The notes under the pieces are model-generated. The model searched no databases. It worked only from the letters and a program-made list of their open reading frames with translations, and was not told where the DNA came from. From the NCBI RefSeq assembly GCF_030028105.1, contig NC_092377.1, forward strand, positions 96,726,865-96,790,864: a stretch of DNA of 64,000 nt, written 5' to 3'. The DNA comes from Mobula birostris (taxonomy: Eukaryota). Shown piece by piece: positions 59,291 through 64,000 of the stretch. Numbering within the stretch: position 1 is the first letter of the stretch; each line of letters starts with the position of its first letter. Both the position numbers and the translations under genes were made by a program.

Positions 59291-61574
59291 TGATCACTGC
59301 ATTTTATTTTTCTGTCCTTATGATAACACTTTAGCTGGAAAAAGTGCAAGCTAAGGATCTGCCTAACTTCAGTTAGACTTTCAAAAAGTGCAACGGATTA
59401 TTTTTAAGAGGAGTTAAGGTGCTGAGGATATTTATTCTTTAACTGCAATTTTAATATAACCAATGAATCATTTGATCTCATTAATTTTAGTCTGGTCATT
59501 GCTTACAGTAGGATCTTGCTGTGCTGAAACGCTGGCTTATTTCCCCCAGATATATCTTAGTAAAGATATGCAATTCTATCCCTCTTCTATTTGTATTCAA
59601 GCTCATAGAAGACAATTAGAAGTCTGTTCCTTAGTGCCATAATGAGTTACATCAATAAGCAGTCAAGGAGAGTCCCAGGTTTGATTTTCCCAAAACATGT
59701 AGGTTGAGGGGATCTCAGTTATAGTTCTGATTGGTACTTGGCACTTATCCTCCAAATGGGAGTGACGTGGTCGGGATACAGAGCTCTGCATAGCTAGGCC
59801 TTGATGAAATTGCAAGCTTGTGAGCCTGGGGAAGGAACAGGTTGTGATAAACCCAAAGGAAAATCAGACAATCAGATAACAAGAAAGCTATTCAAGGTAA
59901 ATTGTTAATGATGATCAGTGTCCACAAAACTTCATCTGAGAAAGGAATAGTGGCTCGGTCTTAATGACTGATACTCAGTGGTTTTCAGGGAATCAGCCAG
60001 CAATAATCCCTTCTAACCTTCAGAATTCTAGGTCTGCACACTGCGGTGTCAAGGTATGAGCCGTAATGATCAGCTGCTTGTGAATCTGACTGACTCTGTT
60101 TCTAGGCAACAGTAGTTCAGGAGAGGAGGAATGATGCGCTTAAGAAGATCCAAATGCACTTCACATCTGACCCTTTCATGCCAGGAAAAACTGGCATGAA
60201 AATTGTTACCCTGTAGATTTGAACTTGTTGCTGCGCCTGTGGAGAAAGATAAAGTGCTTTCTTTATTTGATTTTATTTCAATCCTTACATGTTTTAAAAT
60301 GCACAAATTAATCTTTCCCAATTTTATTCCATTTTATTATTTGGTTAAAATTATTGTAATCTATTTGATTCAGGATGTGATGCTGAAAGCCTTCTTGTAA
60401 CTCTGAACCTGCTCCGTCTCGTTGGATAACTGATGCACACAGTCAGGCCTCTGCATCCAGTTGAAGTGTGGGAGGGTGGGGACTGTTGGGCAGTGGGCCA
60501 GGGAGTGAGCTAGGGTCAGAATGATCCAGCACAGGCCCCTTAGTAAAGTAGAGGGCAGGCACGGACAAGGAAAATTTGAGGGTGTGGGAGAAACACAGAA
60601 GACTTTCAGAAAATGAATTGACAACACACATTAAGATCTGAAGTTTATTTGAATTTTGAATGAATACCCAAAAAACTATAAAATTAAACTAACTAATGCA
60701 TTGGCAAGTTATCCAGTGGCAAAGTACAAGTCAGAAGATACACATAGCTCCAGTCAAACAATGGCATCCTTTGTTTGAACTCTGCTCCATAGAGACGGTA
60801 AACAAAGGATCAGCTACTGAGCAACTGGCAATGAAAGATGATAATGCAAATGTGCAGTGAAAGCGCTTTTAACTGAGAAGGATATAACAACAAGAGCAAG
60901 TCATGTGGAATGAGACCAAGCATTCATTTTTGGTTACGTATATTGAAGGTAAAGCTGTCAGCTGGAAGTATGAAATGATCTTTTGAGATGTTTGGTTCTT
61001 TGCCATTTGTTGGCAGGAGGTTGACTGGCACGGCCAACCCCTCAGGAGCAAGAGATGCACAAGAAGATATGACAATTGTCATTTGATTTCCCCGCACAAG
61101 TTAGCTTTCAGCATTTCCTTCATTTCAACTGTTCTTTAGCTCCAGTGTTTCAGCGGTTGCATTTGAAACAAAATATTTTTATTTTAAGAGTTAAAGATTC
61201 AGAACAGCATAAGTAAAATTAGGCTTTTTATTTTCAACTTAAAGCATTTCACTCTTAAACTGCCAGATGCCCTCCCCTCAACTGAGACATGCAAAGTTTG
61301 CAGCTTATCCTCTTGGTGAACACCCACCCTGACATTGCTTATGTCAGCTCTTTCCGTGCTCAGTCAGTAAAAACATTACAAAGTGGTGTAATATTTTACT
61401 GCTAAACTTTCTGATTTCAACATAGGAGTTTTGGTTGGAGTTTAGAGATAGCTGCTGTAACACTATTGCAAAGTTCAGGGAAGTCTTAGAGTAATTCAAT
61501 GGTAAAATCTGAGGGAAGTGAATGAAAATTTGGGGTAGGGAGAACAAAATATTTTAAGGGAGGATTAGTGTAAG

Positions 61575-63047
61575 TACATAGTACGAAATGAATTTATTCT
61601 CAAAGGACATGTATGTCATTACATACTACTGTGAGTTTCATTTTCTTGCTGGAATTCAAAGTAGAACATGGAAATATAGCAGAATCAATGAGAAACTACG
61701 TACAAAGACTGACAAACAACCAATGTACAAAAGAAGACAATCTGTGCACATACAAAAAAAATAAGTGAACAAATAATATTGAATTGATTTTATTGCTTAC
61801 ATCCTTCATATATATGAGTAAAAATCTTTACGTTACCTCTCATCTAAGTGTGCAATGTGAAATTTATAGTAATTTATAATAAATAGTATGTACAGCAGGA
61901 TAGTCGATATAACACAGAAATGCAGTTGTGTCAGCATGCGTTAAGCAGTCTGATAGCCTGGTGGAAGAAGCTGTCCCGGAGCCGGTACTGAGAACATAAG
62001 TTGTAATGTAGAGTACTTCCAAATGAGTCCATAGGCAATCAGTTCAAAGTTGAGGTGAATGAAGTTATTAACTCTGGTTCAGGAGCTTGACGTTGAAGGG
62101 TAATAACTGCTCTTATTACCTATGTGTATGACCTAAGGCTCCTGTACCTCCTTCCCAATTGCAGCAGCGAGAAGACAGCATGATGATGGACACTGCTGTC
62201 TTGTGGTTACGCTCTTTGCTGATGCACTCAATGGGGGCGATGGTCTGGGCTTTATTCATCACTTTTTAAAGGCTTTTCTGATCCAGGGCATTGGTGTTTC
62301 CATACCAGGCCATGATGCAACCAGTCAGGATATTTTCCACTGTCTATGTCAAAATAGAAGTTTGTCAAAATTTTAGATGACATGCTGAATCTGTATAAAC
62401 TTCTAAAAAAGTAGAGGCACTGTCATGTCTACTGTATAATGGCACTTACATGTAGGTCCCAGGATGGACCCTCTGATATGATAATACCTAGGAATTTAAA
62501 GCTACTGAGTTGCTCCACCTCCTATTTCCGAATGAGCACTGGCGCATGGACCCCTGATTTATGCCTCCTGAAGTCAATAATCAGCATTTTGGTTTCGCTG
62601 ACATTGAGTGAGAGGTTATTATTGTGGCACCATACAGTCAGATTTTCAGTTACCCTCTGTATGCCGATTCATCACCACCTTTGATTTGGCCAACAACAGT
62701 GGTGTCATAAGCAAACTTGAATATGGCATTGGAGCTGTACTTAGCTTGAACAGTCAAACGCATAAAACAAGTAGAGCAGGGTCTAAGGGCACAGCTTTGT
62801 GATGCCCCTGTGCTAATGGCGGAGGAGATGTTGGCGCCAATCTGTATTGACTGGGGTCTGCAAATGAGGAAATTGAGGATTCAGTTTCACAAGGAGGTAG
62901 AGGTATAGGTCTTGAACTTATTGATTAGCTCTGAGGATAGAGTTGAATGCTGAGGAGTAGTTAATGAAGAGCATTGTGATGTACGCAATTTTACTGTCCT
63001 GGTGTTCCAGAGCTGAGTGAGGAGGCAATGAAATGGCACCTGCTGTT
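61575..63047 (-). mobile_element. Rex/Babar-like LINE RT fragment, with a nested element tail at ~61780-61985
   Basis: Antisense motifs KFAYDTTVVG (for KFADD), TKMLIIDFRR and CLYFFRSLYRF. Confidence 0.75.
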
Positions 63048-64000
63048 GTAATGGAGTTCAGCAGAGGAGGACAAAAGGCTTAATTAGGAAGGGAAAAAAA
63101 GTTGATGAGAGAAAACTCAGGGAACATAAAAACCAACTGTAAAAGCTTTTATAGATATGTGAACAGAAAAAGATTGGTTAAGACAAATGTAGGTCCCCTA
63201 CAGACAGAAACAGGTGAATTGATTTTGGGGAGCAAGGACATGGCAGACCAATTGAACAATTACTTTGGTTCTGTCTTCACTAAGGAGGACATAAATAATC
63301 TTCTGGAAATAGTAGGGGACAGAGGGTCCAGTGAGATGGAGGAACTGAGGGAAATACATGTTAGTAGGGAAGTGGTGTTAGGTAAATTGAAGGGATTAAA
63401 GGTAGATAAATCCCCAGGGCCAGATGGTCTGCATCCTAGAGTGCTTAAGGAAGTAGCCCAAGAAATAGTGGATGCATTACTGATAATTTTTCAAAACTCT
63501 TTAGATTCTGGACTAGTTCCTGAGGATTGGAGGGTGGCTAATGTAACCCCACTTTTTAAAAAAGGAGGGAGAGAGAAACCGGGGAATTATAGACCAGTTA
63601 GCCTAACATCGGTGGTGGGGAAACTGCTAGAGTCAGTTATCAAAGATGTGATAACAGCACATTTGGAAAGCGGTGAAATCATCGGACAAAGTCAGCATGG
63701 ATTTGTGAAAGGAAAGTCATGTCTGACAAATCTCATAGAATTTTTTGAGGATGTAACTAGTAGAGTGGATAGGGGAGAACAAGTGGATGTGGTATATTTG
63801 GACTTTCAAAAGGCTTTTGACAAGGTCCCACACAGGAGATTAGTGTGCAAACTTAAAGCATATGGTATTGGGGGTAAGGTATTGATGTGGATAGAGAATT
63901 GGTTGGCAGACAGGAAGCAAAGAGTGGGAATAAACAGGACCTTTTCAGAATGGCAGGCAGTGTCTAATGGGGTACTGCGAGGCTCTGTGCTGGGACCCCA
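63048..64000 (+). mobile_element. Young 5'-truncated CR1 LINE, with an open RT frame running off the window
   Basis: A stop-free frame from ~63123 to the window end reads NIKTNCKSFYRYV...KSPGPDGLHPRVLKE...WRVANVTPLFKKG...NYRPVSLTS...QHGFVKGKSCLTNL...YLDFQKAFDKVPH...GSVLGP. Confidence 0.92.

Overview
Eukaryotic vertebrate DNA, most likely from a cartilaginous fish (ray or shark), inferred from the repeat repertoire: CR1, Rex/Babar, V-SINE, Penelope-derived elements and Tc1. The only host gene is the 3' half of QKI (Quaking) on the minus strand. It comprises exon 5 (58446-58533), exon 6 (56341-56637), the QKI-6 terminal exon (GMAFPTKG*), the two QKI-5 exons ([25 protein letters not shown] / AATGN*) and about 9 kb of transposon-free 3' UTR and terminal intron. 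That region carries QKI-response elements (ACUAAY) at branch points and poly(A) sites, and 8-mer sites for miR-200, -141, -124, -148 and -214. No QKI-7 exon is recognisable. Downstream of the gene (1-30 kb) is repeat-rich intergenic DNA. It holds a full-length but decayed Ty3/Gypsy provirus with PNMA-like Gag (9661-16639; ACTG TSD; tRNA-Pro PBS) inserted into a CR1 LINE, a solo LTR, and a 31-bp minisatellite grown inside a Penelope-type terminal repeat. The most unusual signal is a family of very short, recently mobile, non-coding elements with 12-13 bp TSDs that carry a minimal hammerhead ribozyme. One of them is a 226-bp fold-back copy in QKI intron 6, in which the ribozyme is base-paired to its own antisense copy. 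Most short ORFs in the supplied track are repeat debris or noise. All repeat-family assignments are by eye, and repeat boundaries without TSDs are approximate.
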